Positions 29,299 through 39,909 of a DNA stretch of 64,000 nt are shown one piece after another. A program made the position numbers and the translations under genes. Numbering within the stretch: the stretch's first letter is position 1; each line of letters starts with the position of its first letter. Source of the stretch: Thermoanaerobaculia bacterium (GTDB taxonomy: Bacteria > Acidobacteriota > Thermoanaerobaculia > Multivoradales > Multivoraceae); the NCBI GenBank assembly GCA_963664405.1, contig OY761158.1, positions 1,920,001 through 1,984,000 of the forward strand, given 5' to 3'. The notes below the pieces were generated by a model. That model did not search any database. It saw only the letters and a list, made by a program, of their open reading frames with translations, and was not told the DNA's origin.

Positions 29299-32200
29299 AT
29301 GTCTTCCATGCCCCCATCGTCTTCACCAGACAGGCGCTGGCACCGCCAGTGGGACCTCTTTCACGAGGCCCTCGAGCTCGACCCCTCCGAGCGCAAAGCC
29401 TTTCTGGCGCAAGCTGGTGGCGACGACCTCGAACTCGTCGCAGAAGTCGTCGCTCTCCTCGAAGCCCACGAGGATGGACCCACGGTTCTCGACCGACCGC
29501 CGCCAGACGCAGTCGCAGCGACGGTGGAAGACGGCGGTGCGACACGGACGACGCAAACTCTTGCGCAGCAGGGGCTTACACCCGGCCAGGTTTTGGCGAA
29601 CCGCTTCGAGATAGGCCGGCTGCTCGGCCGAGGCGGGATGGGAGCGGTCTACGAGGCAACAGACCGAGAGCTCGGTACTCGGGTGGCACTCAAGATCCTG
29701 CGGCCCGAGATCGCTTCGAGCGAGAGGGCTCATGCTCGTTTTCGGCGCGAGATCACGCTCGCCCGCCGAGTCACCCACCCTAACGCCTGCCGGGTCTTCG
29801 ACCTCTTCCAAGCGGATGGGCTCGCCTTCCTCACCATGGAACTGCTCGACGGCGAGACCCTCCACGCGAGGCTTGCCCGGGACGGACGCCTCGACCTCGA
29901 AGAGGCCCGCCTCATCACCGAACAGATCGTGGCGGCACTCGAGGCCGTCCACCGCGAAGGGGTCATCCATCGCGATCTCAAAACTTCGAACGTGATGCTG
30001 GTCGCCGACGGCGAAAGCACTCGAGCCGTCGTCACCGACTTCGGCCTGGCAACCAGCCGTCATCACGACGACAGCGAAGAGACCCAGCTCACGCGGTCGG
30101 GCGAGCTTCTGGGTACGCCCGCCTACATGTCTCCTGAACAGTTGGAAAACGGAGCGATCACCGAGGCCACCGATGTCTACGCGCTCGGGCTGACTCTGTA
30201 CGAGATGGTGACCGGCAAGGCACCGTTCATCGGTGACACTCCCTTCTCGGTGGCGGCACTGCGTCTCGCCGGTACTGCGCCGTCGCCGCGGAGGGAGGTG
30301 CCGGGCCTCGACCGCACCTGGGAACGAACCATCCTCCGCTGTCTCGAGAAAGAACCTGTCGATCGCTTTCAAACCCCGCGCGAAGTGCTCGAAGCTTTGG
30401 AAGGCGACCGACCCCCTGTTGTTTTCTCGAAGAGACGCCACCGGATGCGGCAGCTGGTGTGGGCCTTGCCCGCCGCGATTCTCACCTCGCTGGCGGTGAC
30501 CGGGCTCTGGCTGGCGCTGGTCGCGGATCCTAGAGGCCAGGCCCTGGTCGCTGAGACCCTCTCGTTCGAGGAGCGCGACGCCGTTCTGATTGGAGAGTTC
30601 GAGAACCAGAGCGGCGACCCTGACTTCGACGGCACGCTCGAGGCTGCCTTGACACGCGAGCTCGCCAACTCCACCTTCGTCACCGTCGCTTCGCGCCTGC
30701 GCATCGAGGACACGTTGCTGCTCATGAAGCTACCGGTGGACACGCCGCTGACCGACGAGACTGCCCGCGAGCTTGCCGTTCGCGACGGCGGCGTGCGGGG
30801 CATCTTGTCCGGGACCGTGGACCGGGTGGGTAGCTCCACCATTCTCAGCGCCGATCTGATCGCACCGAGAGATGGAGCCGTAGTGGCAAGTCTGAGCGAG
30901 GAGATTGCCGACGGCGAAGAGCCGATCCACGCCTTGCGCCGCCTCTCCCGAGGCGTGCGTCAGCTGCTCGGCGAAGAGTTGGTCTCCATCGAGAAAAGCG
31001 AGCTCGAGCTGGCGAAGGTATCGACACCTTCGCTGCGTGCACTGAAGCTTTACAGCCAGGCGGACGCGATGCACATCGGCCGTGGGCAATTGGCAGTCAA
31101 GGAGCAGCTCCTACGCGACACGATCGTCGAGGATCCGGACTTCGCTTCGGCCTATCTCGAGCTAGCCCACGTCACCACGCTGAGTGCGATGCGCGGCAAC
31201 GAGACCGGCGGCTGGGCTGAAACCCACGGCCTTGCCAAGCGGGCTATGGAGCTCTCGGACAACACCCCGGATCGCGAGCGCTATTACATTCGCGGCCGTT
31301 TCTACCACCTCTTCTTCGAGGAAGACGGTTGGCCGATGGACCCCAAGCGTCTCGACCGGGCACGGGCGAACTACGAAGCTCTGCTGCGTCTCTACCCCGA
31401 CCACTACGATGCCAATCTCGCCATGGCCGGCATTACTTCGGACGGGGGCGAGAATCGCCTCGCGGGCATCCCCTACACGGTTCGCGCTGCCGCTCAACGA
31501 CCGAACGACTTCGAGAGCAACTTCGATGTGGCCCATCAGCTGGCCTCCTGGGCCAACCGTTTCGACGAAGCCCAGCCCTTCGTCGAGCGCGCCATCCAAA
31601 TAACCGCGGAGGAAGTGCACGAGTGGAAGGGGTATGAAGCCACCTGGGCTCGCTTCTTCGCTGCCCATCGCGCATGGATGAGTGGTGACGTCGGCGGCAT
31701 GCGAGAGGATCTCGAGCGCGCGGCCGAGCGGCTGCAAGAGGCCCCGCCCCACGTCGCCGGTTGGACGCGATCCGCGCTGCAAGACGGATATCGCGGACTC
31801 GGGCTCCGCAGCGAATTGTCGCGGCTCGAGATGGGCGGCGGCTCCTGGCTGGGAGTTGACGCTTACTTCGACGGCGACGACGAGGCCGTACTCAGGCATC
31901 TCGGCGGCGCAGCGCACGAGGACCGCGGCTGGTCGAGCTTCATCCTGCATGACCCGGTCCGTGTCGCCTACCTGGCTCGGTCCGGGTTTACCGACGAGGC
32001 GCGCTCTGTGATGGCCGTCTTCGCGGCGCAGGAAGAGACACCGAAACCCTTCTTCTTGAACGCCGGTAGGTCGCCGAAGCTCATCGCCAAAGAGACGTTG
32101 CTTCCCCTGATGAGAGCAGAGCTGGCGCTTGCCGAAGGGCGCCCCGAGGAAGCCGCCGCGCTCTTCGAAGGCCAGCTACTGCAGGACTGGTACGACGTGC

Positions 32201-32481
32201 AATGGGGCTACTTCGTCAGTCTCCAAGGTCTTGCCATGGCCTACGAGAAGCTCGGGCAGCGCGAAGCCGCCGTCAACATCCTCGAACGGTCGGCTACCGA
32301 GAAGCACCGGGCTCACCCCTTCGGCAAGGAAGTGTGGATGGCCAATCAGGTCGAGCTCGCCAGGCTCTACCGGGAACAGGGCTGGCTCGACGAGGCCGGT
32401 CAGATCGCCGAAGAGCTGGCCGTTCTGATGGCGGCAGCAGACGCCGATTTCTGGCTGGTCCGAAAGCTCGCCAAGCTATAG
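29299..32481 (+). CDS. Membrane Ser/Thr kinase with TPR region, copy 2
   Basis: GRGGMGAVY, VALK, HRDLKTSN, DFGLA, GTPAYMSPE; same architecture as copy 1. Confidence 0.93.
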   Translation: MSSMPPSSSPDRRWHRQWDLFHEALELDPSERKAFLAQAGGDDLELVAEVVALLEAHEDGPTVLDRPPPDAVAATVEDGGATRTTQTLAQQGLTPGQVLANRFEIGRLLGRGGMGAVYEATDRELGTRVALKILRPEIASSERAHARFRREITLARRVTHPNACRVFDLFQADGLAFLTMELLDGETLHARLARDGRLDLEEARLITEQIVAALEAVHREGVIHRDLKTSNVMLVADGESTRAVVTDFGLATSRHHDDSEETQLTRSGELLGTPAYMSPEQLENGAITEATDVYALGLTLYEMVTGKAPFIGDTPFSVAALRLAGTAPSPRREVPGLDRTWERTILRCLEKEPVDRFQTPREVLEALEGDRPPVVFSKRRHRMRQLVWALPAAILTSLAVTGLWLALVADPRGQALVAETLSFEERDAVLIGEFENQSGDPDFDGTLEAALTRELANSTFVTVASRLRIEDTLLLMKLPVDTPLTDETARELAVRDGGVRGILSGTVDRVGSSTILSADLIAPRDGAVVASLSEEIADGEEPIHALRRLSRGVRQLLGEELVSIEKSELELAKVSTPSLRALKLYSQADAMHIGRGQLAVKEQLLRDTIVEDPDFASAYLELAHVTTLSAMRGNETGGWAETHGLAKRAMELSDNTPDRERYYIRGRFYHLFFEEDGWPMDPKRLDRARANYEALLRLYPDHYDANLAMAGITSDGGENRLAGIPYTVRAAAQRPNDFESNFDVAHQLASWANRFDEAQPFVERAIQITAEEVHEWKGYEATWARFFAAHRAWMSGDVGGMREDLERAAERLQEAPPHVAGWTRSALQDGYRGLGLRSELSRLEMGGGSWLGVDAYFDGDDEAVLRHLGGAAHEDRGWSSFILHDPVRVAYLARSGFTDEARSVMAVFAAQEETPKPFFLNAGRSPKLIAKETLLPLMRAELALAEGRPEEAAALFEGQLLQDWYDVQWGYFVSLQGLAMAYEKLGQREAAVNILERSATEKHRAHPFGKEVWMANQVELARLYREQGWLDEAGQIAEELAVLMAAADADFWLVRKLAKL

Positions 32482-32520
32482 CCGGTCACTCGGCCCGACC
32501 CCCCCAAGGGGCGACTCGGA

Positions 32521-32562
32521 GAAAAATGAGGCCCCGTGGCACCGGTGCGGCCACGGGGCCTC
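32521..32562 (-). terminator. Rho-independent terminator for the TonB-dependent receptor (possibly bidirectional)
   Basis: 13-bp stem GAGGCCCCGTGGC/GCCACGGGGCCTC followed on the minus strand by ATTTTTC. Confidence 0.7.
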
Positions 32563-32659
32563 GAGATCGTCGAAGCCGACTCCTACCCCGGCTCGCACAG
32601 AGGATCGAAGGTGCTCGCCGATCTCATCACAACAACTGACTTCGTTGTCAATTTGGCCC

Positions 32660-35600
32660 TCAGAAGCGAACGCCCGCCAACACCCGCATCGTGCGGGGGC
32701 GCTGGAAAGAGCGGCGCGAGCGACGTGGAGCACCGGTCCGGCTGTTGGTCGAGATCTGTTCCTGGCGGTTGATGACGTTGTAGGCCTCGACACGCAGCCA
32801 GCCCTCGAGCCCGGGTCGTCCCAACGGGAAAGCCCACGATCCGCTCAGGTTGATGGACCACCTATCACCGTTCTCGAGCGATCCTCTCGGCTCGAGAAAC
32901 GTGCGCAAGGCCTCGACGCTGTAGACCGTGTCGCTCCGATTCGTCGGAGGTCGAAACACGGTCAGGTCGTGGTTCCAGGGAGCTCCCGTCTGGTAGAAGA
33001 AGTTGCCGCCGATGCTGAGCTCGTGACCCCCACCCACGTCGAAGAGCTTGTACCCGTAGCTCTTGAAGATCAGGTCGCGACTCGTAGGCATGACGCCGTC
33101 ACGATGGATCGTCGAGACCGGCTCACCGACGTGGGGTCGCAGTAGCTCCCGGCAGCTGTCGTCGAGGTCGAGGCGCTCGCAGTCGAAATCATCGACGAGG
33201 TCTTCGGTGAGCAGGAACTCGAGGTTGCGGCCGTAATCGTCGTTGAGGTTGTTGGCGCTGCCGCCAGAAGTCTTGCCCTCGGCGCGGCCGAAGGTCAGAT
33301 TGTTGTAGAGAGCCCACCCCTTGGAGAAGCGCTTGTTGAGCTGGAGCTGAAGCGCACGGTAGCTACGGTTGTCGTCCTCGAAACTATCGAGGATCTCTTC
33401 CGCGCGCTCGCGAGTGCCAATACCGTTGGCGACGAAATTCTCTACCCAACCGAGCTCGCGAAGGATCGGGGCATAGTCGTCGTAGTTCTCGACCAGCTGA
33501 AAGAGCCCGAACTCCTCATTCCTCTGGATGGTCGAGCCGATCAGGTTGTCGAGGCGCCACCAGATTCCCTTGGCGTCGAAGATCCATCTCTTGCCTAGCT
33601 GCCACTCGTAGCCGAGCACGATCTCGTCGCGATGGTAGGGCTCGATGTCGATATCGACATTGAGATTCGGATCGTCGTGGATCTCCCACAGACCCCCGGG
33701 TCGGATCGAGCCGAGGAAGAAGCAGTAGGAGCCGTTGTCGAGATTGGTCGGAAAGCCGAACCCGGCGATTCGCTCGCAGGCCACGTCATCGGGAAAACGC
33801 CGCACGAAGCCCAGGGCGTTGATGTTGAGATAGAGGTCAACTGCGTTGCTCGCGCCGGTCCAGTCCTCCTGCAGGTTGGCGTTGACCAGATTCTGTGGCG
33901 TCTGGGTGAAGAGTCGGCCGACGCTGAGGCTCATCAGCCGACGGCCGTTGCCACCGAAGTCATAGACGACCGACAGTCGCGGAGACAGATCGCCGCTGTC
34001 GATGACGGTGCGACCACGATCGTTGGTCAGCCGCTGATCCTCCCACCGCAGCCCTAGATTGAAGACCCAGTGGTCGCCGACCTCGAAACGATCTCTCAGA
34101 TAGGCGCCGTAGTTGCGACCCCTGCTCGTCGCGCTGCCCTTGCCGGCCGCTACGACATCAGCAGGGTTGTAGTCGTTCAATGTGCAATTGCGTTCACAGC
34201 CGTCCTCGAAGCCGAACTCGGTCATCGCATCGAACTCGAACCCGGAGATGAGGTTGGGCCGCTGCACGTCCTGATCCCAATCCACCTGCTGCAAGTCGAG
34301 GCCATAACGCAGCTCGTGCCGAGCGAGAAACTGGGTCGCCGCGAAATTGACCTGGTCGCGAGGAAACTCGTTGGTTCCGTAGCCGAGTCCTAGACGCCAC
34401 CCGTTGTGCGTAGTGCTGTCGCACCGCTGGATATAGGCGTCATCATTGTTGACCGGCGAGAACTCTCCAAGGGCCGGGTCAGGAGCGAAGGCTGGGTCCT
34501 GCGCCTTCAGCTCGGGCGGGAAGGGGCGACTCCGATCCTCGTTCGAGGTCTGAGTCGCCGCTTTCGCCTCGAGGAAAAGATTCGTCCGCAACGTGCTGTT
34601 CCAGCTCAGCGAGGCGATGTCGCCTGAGAAGCCGAAGAAAGTGGCCGCATAGCGGTCATATGTGCTTGTTTGCACAAAGAGCCTGTCGGAGGGAGAGTCG
34701 ATCCAAGTGAGAGCCAAGGAGTGCCGCGCGGCTGGCTGGAGGTTCACCTTGGCCAAGGTTGTCTTCGTCTCTGTACTGACATCGAGCAAGCTTCCGTCGA
34801 GGATCTTGTCGAGCTGGTCGGTGGTCACGTCGGCCCGAGAGAAAAAGAACCAGGCCCGATCGCGAACGATGGGCCCGCCAAGATAACCCTCGAGGCTGTC
34901 GGAGCCACCGTCTCGCTCGCCTTCACCGAAGACCAGAAAGTCCGCCGCTTCCTGTTCTGGGTCGGTCTTCTCGTCTTCGGGTTGATCCTCGTTCATCTGT
35001 TCGAAAGACTCGACCAGACGCTCGTCCTCCGCCAGGGCGGGTTGGGAGTCGTAGTTCGAGTTCCACTTGTCGCGGGCGAAGACTCCCGTGGCCTCGCCGT
35101 GAAAGCGGTTACTGCCCGACTTCACGATCAGGTTGGTATGCGAGCCGACGTTGCGCCCGTACTCCGAGCCGGAGCCCCCGACCTGCATACTGATCTCTTC
35201 AACGGCCACGGTCGGGAAGAAGACGCGCGTGCCCCCTCCCCGCATCGAATAAGTCGCATCCACCCCATCGATATAGACACTCTGCTCCTGCCACAGTGCG
35301 CCGTTGACCGACGGCCTGATATAGCCGAGGTAGAGACTCTCGTCGTCCTGGGTAACGCCGGGGAGAAGGTCGATCGCGCCTAAGAACGAGCGATTGACTG
35401 CCGACACCTGGCCCGCGGTCTCGGCATCGATGCTCGCTCCCGCCACGATGTTGAACCTGTCTATCATCGGCGACTCGGCAGTCACGATGACGGTCTCGCT
35501 CGCGGTGACCTCTAGCTCCAAGTCGAGCTCTGCCGTGCCTCCGGCGGCAATCGAGATCCGACCCGCGGCAGTCGTGAAAGGCTCCATCGATGCTCGTACA

Positions 35601-35824
35601 ACGTAGCTGCCCGGAGGCAAGAGGCCGAAGCGGAAGAGACCGGTCTCATCTGCTCGCCGCTCATGAGCGCCTCTGTCGCCCTCCAGCACCACCAGTGCAC
35701 CCGCAATCGGGGCTCCCTCCCTCGTCGTAATCCTCCCCGACAGATTTCCTGTCTCAGGTCCATCGGCACGCAGTCCCACGGCCAGAAGACCCAGAAAAAG
35801 TCCCCATGCGAGCCATCCCTTCAT
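32660..35824 (-). CDS. TonB-dependent receptor (Oar-like, N-terminal carboxypeptidase-regulatory-like domain)
   Basis: Signal peptide, GLLPPGSYVV, ETVIVTAE, KSGSNRFHG, LGGPIVRDRAWFF, C-terminal GVRF. Confidence 0.9.
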   Translation of the reverse strand: MKGWLAWGLFLGLLAVGLRADGPETGNLSGRITTREGAPIAGALVVLEGDRGAHERRADETGLFRFGLLPPGSYVVRASMEPFTTAAGRISIAAGGTAELDLELEVTASETVIVTAESPMIDRFNIVAGASIDAETAGQVSAVNRSFLGAIDLLPGVTQDDESLYLGYIRPSVNGALWQEQSVYIDGVDATYSMRGGGTRVFFPTVAVEEISMQVGGSGSEYGRNVGSHTNLIVKSGSNRFHGEATGVFARDKWNSNYDSQPALAEDERLVESFEQMNEDQPEDEKTDPEQEAADFLVFGEGERDGGSDSLEGYLGGPIVRDRAWFFFSRADVTTDQLDKILDGSLLDVSTETKTTLAKVNLQPAARHSLALTWIDSPSDRLFVQTSTYDRYAATFFGFSGDIASLSWNSTLRTNLFLEAKAATQTSNEDRSRPFPPELKAQDPAFAPDPALGEFSPVNNDDAYIQRCDSTTHNGWRLGLGYGTNEFPRDQVNFAATQFLARHELRYGLDLQQVDWDQDVQRPNLISGFEFDAMTEFGFEDGCERNCTLNDYNPADVVAAGKGSATSRGRNYGAYLRDRFEVGDHWVFNLGLRWEDQRLTNDRGRTVIDSGDLSPRLSVVYDFGGNGRRLMSLSVGRLFTQTPQNLVNANLQEDWTGASNAVDLYLNINALGFVRRFPDDVACERIAGFGFPTNLDNGSYCFFLGSIRPGGLWEIHDDPNLNVDIDIEPYHRDEIVLGYEWQLGKRWIFDAKGIWWRLDNLIGSTIQRNEEFGLFQLVENYDDYAPILRELGWVENFVANGIGTRERAEEILDSFEDDNRSYRALQLQLNKRFSKGWALYNNLTFGRAEGKTSGGSANNLNDDYGRNLEFLLTEDLVDDFDCERLDLDDSCRELLRPHVGEPVSTIHRDGVMPTSRDLIFKSYGYKLFDVGGGHELSIGGNFFYQTGAPWNHDLTVFRPPTNRSDTVYSVEALRTFLEPRGSLENGDRWSINLSGSWAFPLGRPGLEGWLRVEAYNVINRQEQISTNSRTGAPRRSRRSFQRPRTMRVLAGVRF

Positions 35825-35985
35825 AACGCCGCTCCTTGTCGCCAAAAGGCGACCACCGGTTAGTCGGCTGCCCACAAAAGCCAGGACAGACCCTCGATTC
35901 GAGGCAGAACCTGCGGGTATTGCCCACATCCTACTAGGGAGGCTCCCACGATCCCATTTGAGGCACTCTTGATGCCCCTTCACTC

Positions 35986-36017
35986 CTACATGCGAAAAAT
36001 CCCGTCCTAGCGCGCCA
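35986..36017 (-). promoter_or_regulatory. Putative ECF promoter TGGCG-N18-CGCATGTAG
   Basis: About 165 bp upstream of the receptor start; shared motif. Confidence 0.6.
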
Positions 36018-36126
36018 AAAGGCGCAGAAGCTCGAGGACCGACGAGACTAGTGCGGGCGGCCGAATCCCCATCGACATGCCAAATGTCATAGATTCAGCT
36101 CTCCACCTGGCAGCAAAGGAGGGGTC

Positions 36127-37470
36127 ATGAGCGGAACGAGACGAGACTTCCTGAAGAAGTCGAGCGCTGTGACGGTCGGCTTGGGCCTGACTTCCTGGTC
36201 TGGGCTCGCCGGAAGAGCACGGGCAGCGGCCCCGAATGACCAGATCCACATCGGAGTCATCGGATGCAACGGGATGGGATTCAGCGATCTCCGCTCGATG
36301 CTCAAGCTCCCTGACACAACCTGTGTGGCGCTCTGCGATGTCGACGCGAATGTTCTCGAGCGTCGCGCGAAGAACACCGAGGATCTCACCGGCTCCAGAC
36401 CCCGCACTTATGGCGACTACCGAGAGCTCCTCGACGACAAAGACGTCGATGTCGTCATCATCGGCACTCCCGACCACTGGCACTGCCTGCAGATGGCCGA
36501 CGCCTGCGACGCCGGAAAAGATGTCTACGTCGAAAAGCCCCTGGCCAACTCGATCGATGAATGTCGCCGCATGGTGCGGGCGGTCGATCGTAACCAGCGG
36601 GTGGTCCAGGTCGGACAGTGGCAACGTAGCGGCCCACACTGGACCGAAGCGGTGGAGTTCGTGCAGTCCGGCCAGCTCGGAGAGATCCGCTCGGTCAAGG
36701 CCTGGGCCTATATGAACTGGATGGACCGAATCAAGCCCGCCGCCGACGGTAAGCCTCCGACGGGCGTGGACTACGACATGTGGCTCGGCCCGGCGAAGAA
36801 GCGGCCCTTCAACGAGAACCGCTTCCACTTCAACTTCCGCTGGTACTGGGACTATGCGGGGGGCCTCATGACCGACTGGGGAGTGCACCTCATCGACATC
36901 GTGGTCTGGGGCATGGAAGCCGACTACCCGAGCCGCGTGCTCTCCGCCGGCGGCAAATACGCCTATCCGGACGGCGCAATGGAAACTCCCGACACCCAAC
37001 AGGCGATCTACGAGTTCGACGGCTTCTCGATGATCTGGGAGCACGCTGTAGGGATCGGCCTCGGTCCCTTTCAGCGTGGGCACGGTGTCGCCTTCATCGG
37101 CAACAACGGCACCCTGGTCGTCGATCGGGAAAAGTGGGAGATCTACCCCGAGACCGAAGTCGACCGCACCAAGCCGGGCCCGGATCGCTACCGGATGGCA
37201 TCCCAGCCCGCACGCAAAGCGAATGCGGACGAGCGGGGCCTCGACCAACACACCGCCAACTTCATCGACTGCGTAAAGACCAGGGCCAAGCCTCGCTGCG
37301 ACGTGGAGACGGCCTCGTTGGCGGCCGTCAACGCGCATCTCGGCAACGTCGCCCTACGCACCGGCGATACCCTCGATTGGAGCGCCAAGAAGGGTCACTT
37401 CGTCGATCACAAAGAGGCGAACACCTACCTCAAACCCAAGTACAGGAAGCCCTGGACGCTGCCGTCCTAG
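36127..37470 (+). CDS. Tat-exported Gfo/Idh/MocA family oxidoreductase
   Basis: TRRDFLK Tat motif, TPDHWH, DVYVEKP, GGLMTDWGVH. Confidence 0.9.
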   Translation: MSGTRRDFLKKSSAVTVGLGLTSWSGLAGRARAAAPNDQIHIGVIGCNGMGFSDLRSMLKLPDTTCVALCDVDANVLERRAKNTEDLTGSRPRTYGDYRELLDDKDVDVVIIGTPDHWHCLQMADACDAGKDVYVEKPLANSIDECRRMVRAVDRNQRVVQVGQWQRSGPHWTEAVEFVQSGQLGEIRSVKAWAYMNWMDRIKPAADGKPPTGVDYDMWLGPAKKRPFNENRFHFNFRWYWDYAGGLMTDWGVHLIDIVVWGMEADYPSRVLSAGGKYAYPDGAMETPDTQQAIYEFDGFSMIWEHAVGIGLGPFQRGHGVAFIGNNGTLVVDREKWEIYPETEVDRTKPGPDRYRMASQPARKANADERGLDQHTANFIDCVKTRAKPRCDVETASLAAVNAHLGNVALRTGDTLDWSAKKGHFVDHKEANTYLKPKYRKPWTLPS

Positions 37471-37516
37471 CCGAGCCTGAGAACGACTCGCCTGCCGCGA
37501 GGCCCCTGGGGACTAA

Positions 37517-38272
37517 ATGAAGATCCAGACTCTTGCTACGTCGATTATCGCGATCCTGACGATCTCCGCCGCACTGGTCACAGCCGCTCTCGGCCAAACC
37601 AGCAATCAAGAGCGAGCCAAGATCAGCGAAATCTGGGAACCGGTGCCGCCGATGGTCACCCCAGGCTCAGCCGGATCGCCGCCCTCGGACGCCATCGTTC
37701 TATTCGACGGTCGCGGCCTGTCGAGCTGGGAGTCGGTGGAGGGAGGGGCCGCCGCGTGGGCGGTCGAGGACGGGGCGATGAAAGTCAACGGCAAAGGTGG
37801 CATCCAGACCAAGCAAGCGTTTGGAGACATTCAACTCCACATCGAGTGGCGGACCCCGTCGAAGGTGGAAGGCACGAGTCAAGGACGCGGCAACAGCGGT
37901 GTCTTTCTGGCCGGTCGCTACGAGGTCCAGGTTCTCGACTCTTACGACAACCCCACCTACTCGAACGGTCAGGCCGGCAGTGTCTACAAGCAGCACATTC
38001 CACTGGTCAACGCGTCCCGAGGGCCCGGCCAGTGGCAGAGCTATGACGTCATCTTCATGGCGCCGCACTTCGGCGACAGTGGCCGTGTGGTTCGGCCGGC
38101 GACAACCACCGTCTTTCACAACGGAGTGCTGGTACTGAATAGCGTTACTATCCAGGGCGCGACGGCTTTCATCGGAGAGCCCCTTTACCAGGCGCACGGC
38201 AAAGCGCCGATCATGCTCCAGGATCACCGCAATCCGGTGAGCTTCCGCAACATCTGGGTGCGAGAGCTCTAG
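37517..38272 (+). CDS. DUF1080 (3-keto-disaccharide hydrolase-like) exported protein
   Basis: [33 protein letters not shown]. Confidence 0.9.
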   Translation: MKIQTLATSIIAILTISAALVTAALGQTSNQERAKISEIWEPVPPMVTPGSAGSPPSDAIVLFDGRGLSSWESVEGGAAAWAVEDGAMKVNGKGGIQTKQAFGDIQLHIEWRTPSKVEGTSQGRGNSGVFLAGRYEVQVLDSYDNPTYSNGQAGSVYKQHIPLVNASRGPGQWQSYDVIFMAPHFGDSGRVVRPATTTVFHNGVLVLNSVTIQGATAFIGEPLYQAHGKAPIMLQDHRNPVSFRNIWVREL

Positions 38273-38545
38273 CCAGAGAAAATGATCGATATCATTTCCC
38301 CTGGCTAGACCAGCGTTTCCAAAGTCGCGCTACAATAGCTCGCGGTCATTCTGTTCGCTGGCAAGGCGCGCCGACGTAGGCATATTGGGGAATATGTCGA
38401 GGAGGCGCAACGCCGCCAGCGGGGCAGAACGGGCCGAGATATGTAGCGCTACTTTGGAAACGCTGGTCTAGTTCCTGTCTGGCGCCGAGGACGGCGCACT
38501 CAGGCCATGCTTCCTATTCGCTTCGGGTGACGGGACAGGCCCGAA
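38269..38545 (+). repeat. 128-bp family copy interrupted by a MITE
   Basis: Hairpin CTAGCCAG..CTGGCTAG, then the MITE, then TTCCTGTCTGGCGCCGAGGACGGCGCACTCAGG. The first CTAG includes the upstream gene's stop codon. Confidence 0.85.
38309..38467. mobile_element. 159-bp MITE with perfect 17-bp TIR and CTAG duplication
   Basis: ACCAGCGTTTCCAAAGT / ACTTTGGAAACGCTGGT; CTAG at 38305 and 38468. Confidence 0.9.
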
Positions 38546-38619
38546 CCGAGCAGAGCGCCTTATCCCATAGAATGCTCGCCTCCGGTCGTATTGCGGTTGT
38601 CCTCTAATAGGAGAGAGTT

Positions 38620-39858
38620 ATGTCGGAGAGGGTTATGGCGAGATTGCGTTTCGGTGCCTTCCTAGCTCCCCATCATCCGATCGGAGAGCACCCTGCTCTC
38701 CAGTTGCAGCGCGACCTCGACCTGGTCGAGCTTCTCGATCGAGTGGGCTTCGACGAGTTCTGGTGTGGCGAGCACCACTCGACCGGCTGGGAGGTCATCG
38801 CTTCTCCTGAGCTCTTTCTCGCAGCAGCCGGGGAGCGCACCCATCGAATCAGGCTCGGCACCGGCGTGGTCTCACTTCCCTTTCACCATCCGTTCCACGT
38901 TGCCCAGCGCATGGTCCAGCTCGACCACATGACCGGAGGGCGAGTGATCTTCGGTACCGGGCCTGGCGCACTGCCGTCCGACGCCTTCACCCTCGGCATC
39001 GATCCGATCGTGACCCGGGACCGCCAGGACGAAGCGATCGGAGTCATCCGACGGCTGCTGCGCGGCGAAGATCGTTTCACTCACGAAAGTGAATGGTTCA
39101 CCTTGCGCGACGCCAAGCTTCAGCTGCTGCCGCTCCAGGCAGAGATGCCGATGGCGGTGGCGTCGATGATCAGCCCGTCGGGGATGACTCTGGCCGGCAA
39201 GTACGGCATTGGCGTGCTGTCGGTGGGCTCCATGGTGAGCGCCGGGCTACAAGCGCTTCCAACGCAGTGGAGCTTCGCCGAGGAGGCTGCCGCCGAGAGC
39301 GGGGCGACTGTCGACCGCAAAGACTGGCGCATCGTCATGTCCTGGCACATCGCCGAGACCCGCGAAGAAGCACGGACGCAGGCGGCGAAGGGTTTCTTGC
39401 GATGGAACAACGAGTACGTCGCAGGTACCCTCATGCAGCCAAACTCCACGCAGATCGATTCGACGGAGGCAGCCTTCGACGGGATGGAAGGGACAGCCTC
39501 AGTCGTCGGTACCCCGGACGATCTGATCGAAGCCGTCCGCCGAATGGTCGACGTGACCGGTGGCTTCGGCACCGTGATCGGATTCGTCCACGACTGGGCG
39601 AGCCCCGAGGACACACGGCGTAGCTGGGACATGGTCGCTCGATACGTCATACCCGAGGTCAACGGGCTACTCGACAGCTATCGAGAGTCTCAGCGCTACG
39701 TCATCGAGCACCGTGAGTCGTTCGAACGTGCCGGCGAGGCCATCATGTCGAAAATCACGCAGAACGAGCGCGCCATCAAAGCACTGGAGGAAAGCGGCGG
39801 AGTGGCCAGTCCGGCGTTTCCCGGCGTCGCCGGCGATCCGGAGGAGAAGGCTCGCTAA
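38620..39858 (+). CDS. LLM-class flavin-dependent monooxygenase
   Basis: FDEFWCGEHH, RIRLGTGVVSLP, GTGPGALPSD. Confidence 0.88.
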   Translation: MSERVMARLRFGAFLAPHHPIGEHPALQLQRDLDLVELLDRVGFDEFWCGEHHSTGWEVIASPELFLAAAGERTHRIRLGTGVVSLPFHHPFHVAQRMVQLDHMTGGRVIFGTGPGALPSDAFTLGIDPIVTRDRQDEAIGVIRRLLRGEDRFTHESEWFTLRDAKLQLLPLQAEMPMAVASMISPSGMTLAGKYGIGVLSVGSMVSAGLQALPTQWSFAEEAAAESGATVDRKDWRIVMSWHIAETREEARTQAAKGFLRWNNEYVAGTLMQPNSTQIDSTEAAFDGMEGTASVVGTPDDLIEAVRRMVDVTGGFGTVIGFVHDWASPEDTRRSWDMVARYVIPEVNGLLDSYRESQRYVIEHRESFERAGEAIMSKITQNERAIKALEESGGVASPAFPGVAGDPEEKAR

Positions 39859-39909
39859 AAGACCTAAGGCCGTCTGCGCCTCCGAAGAGGAAGGACGGGA
39901 GCCCACGCG

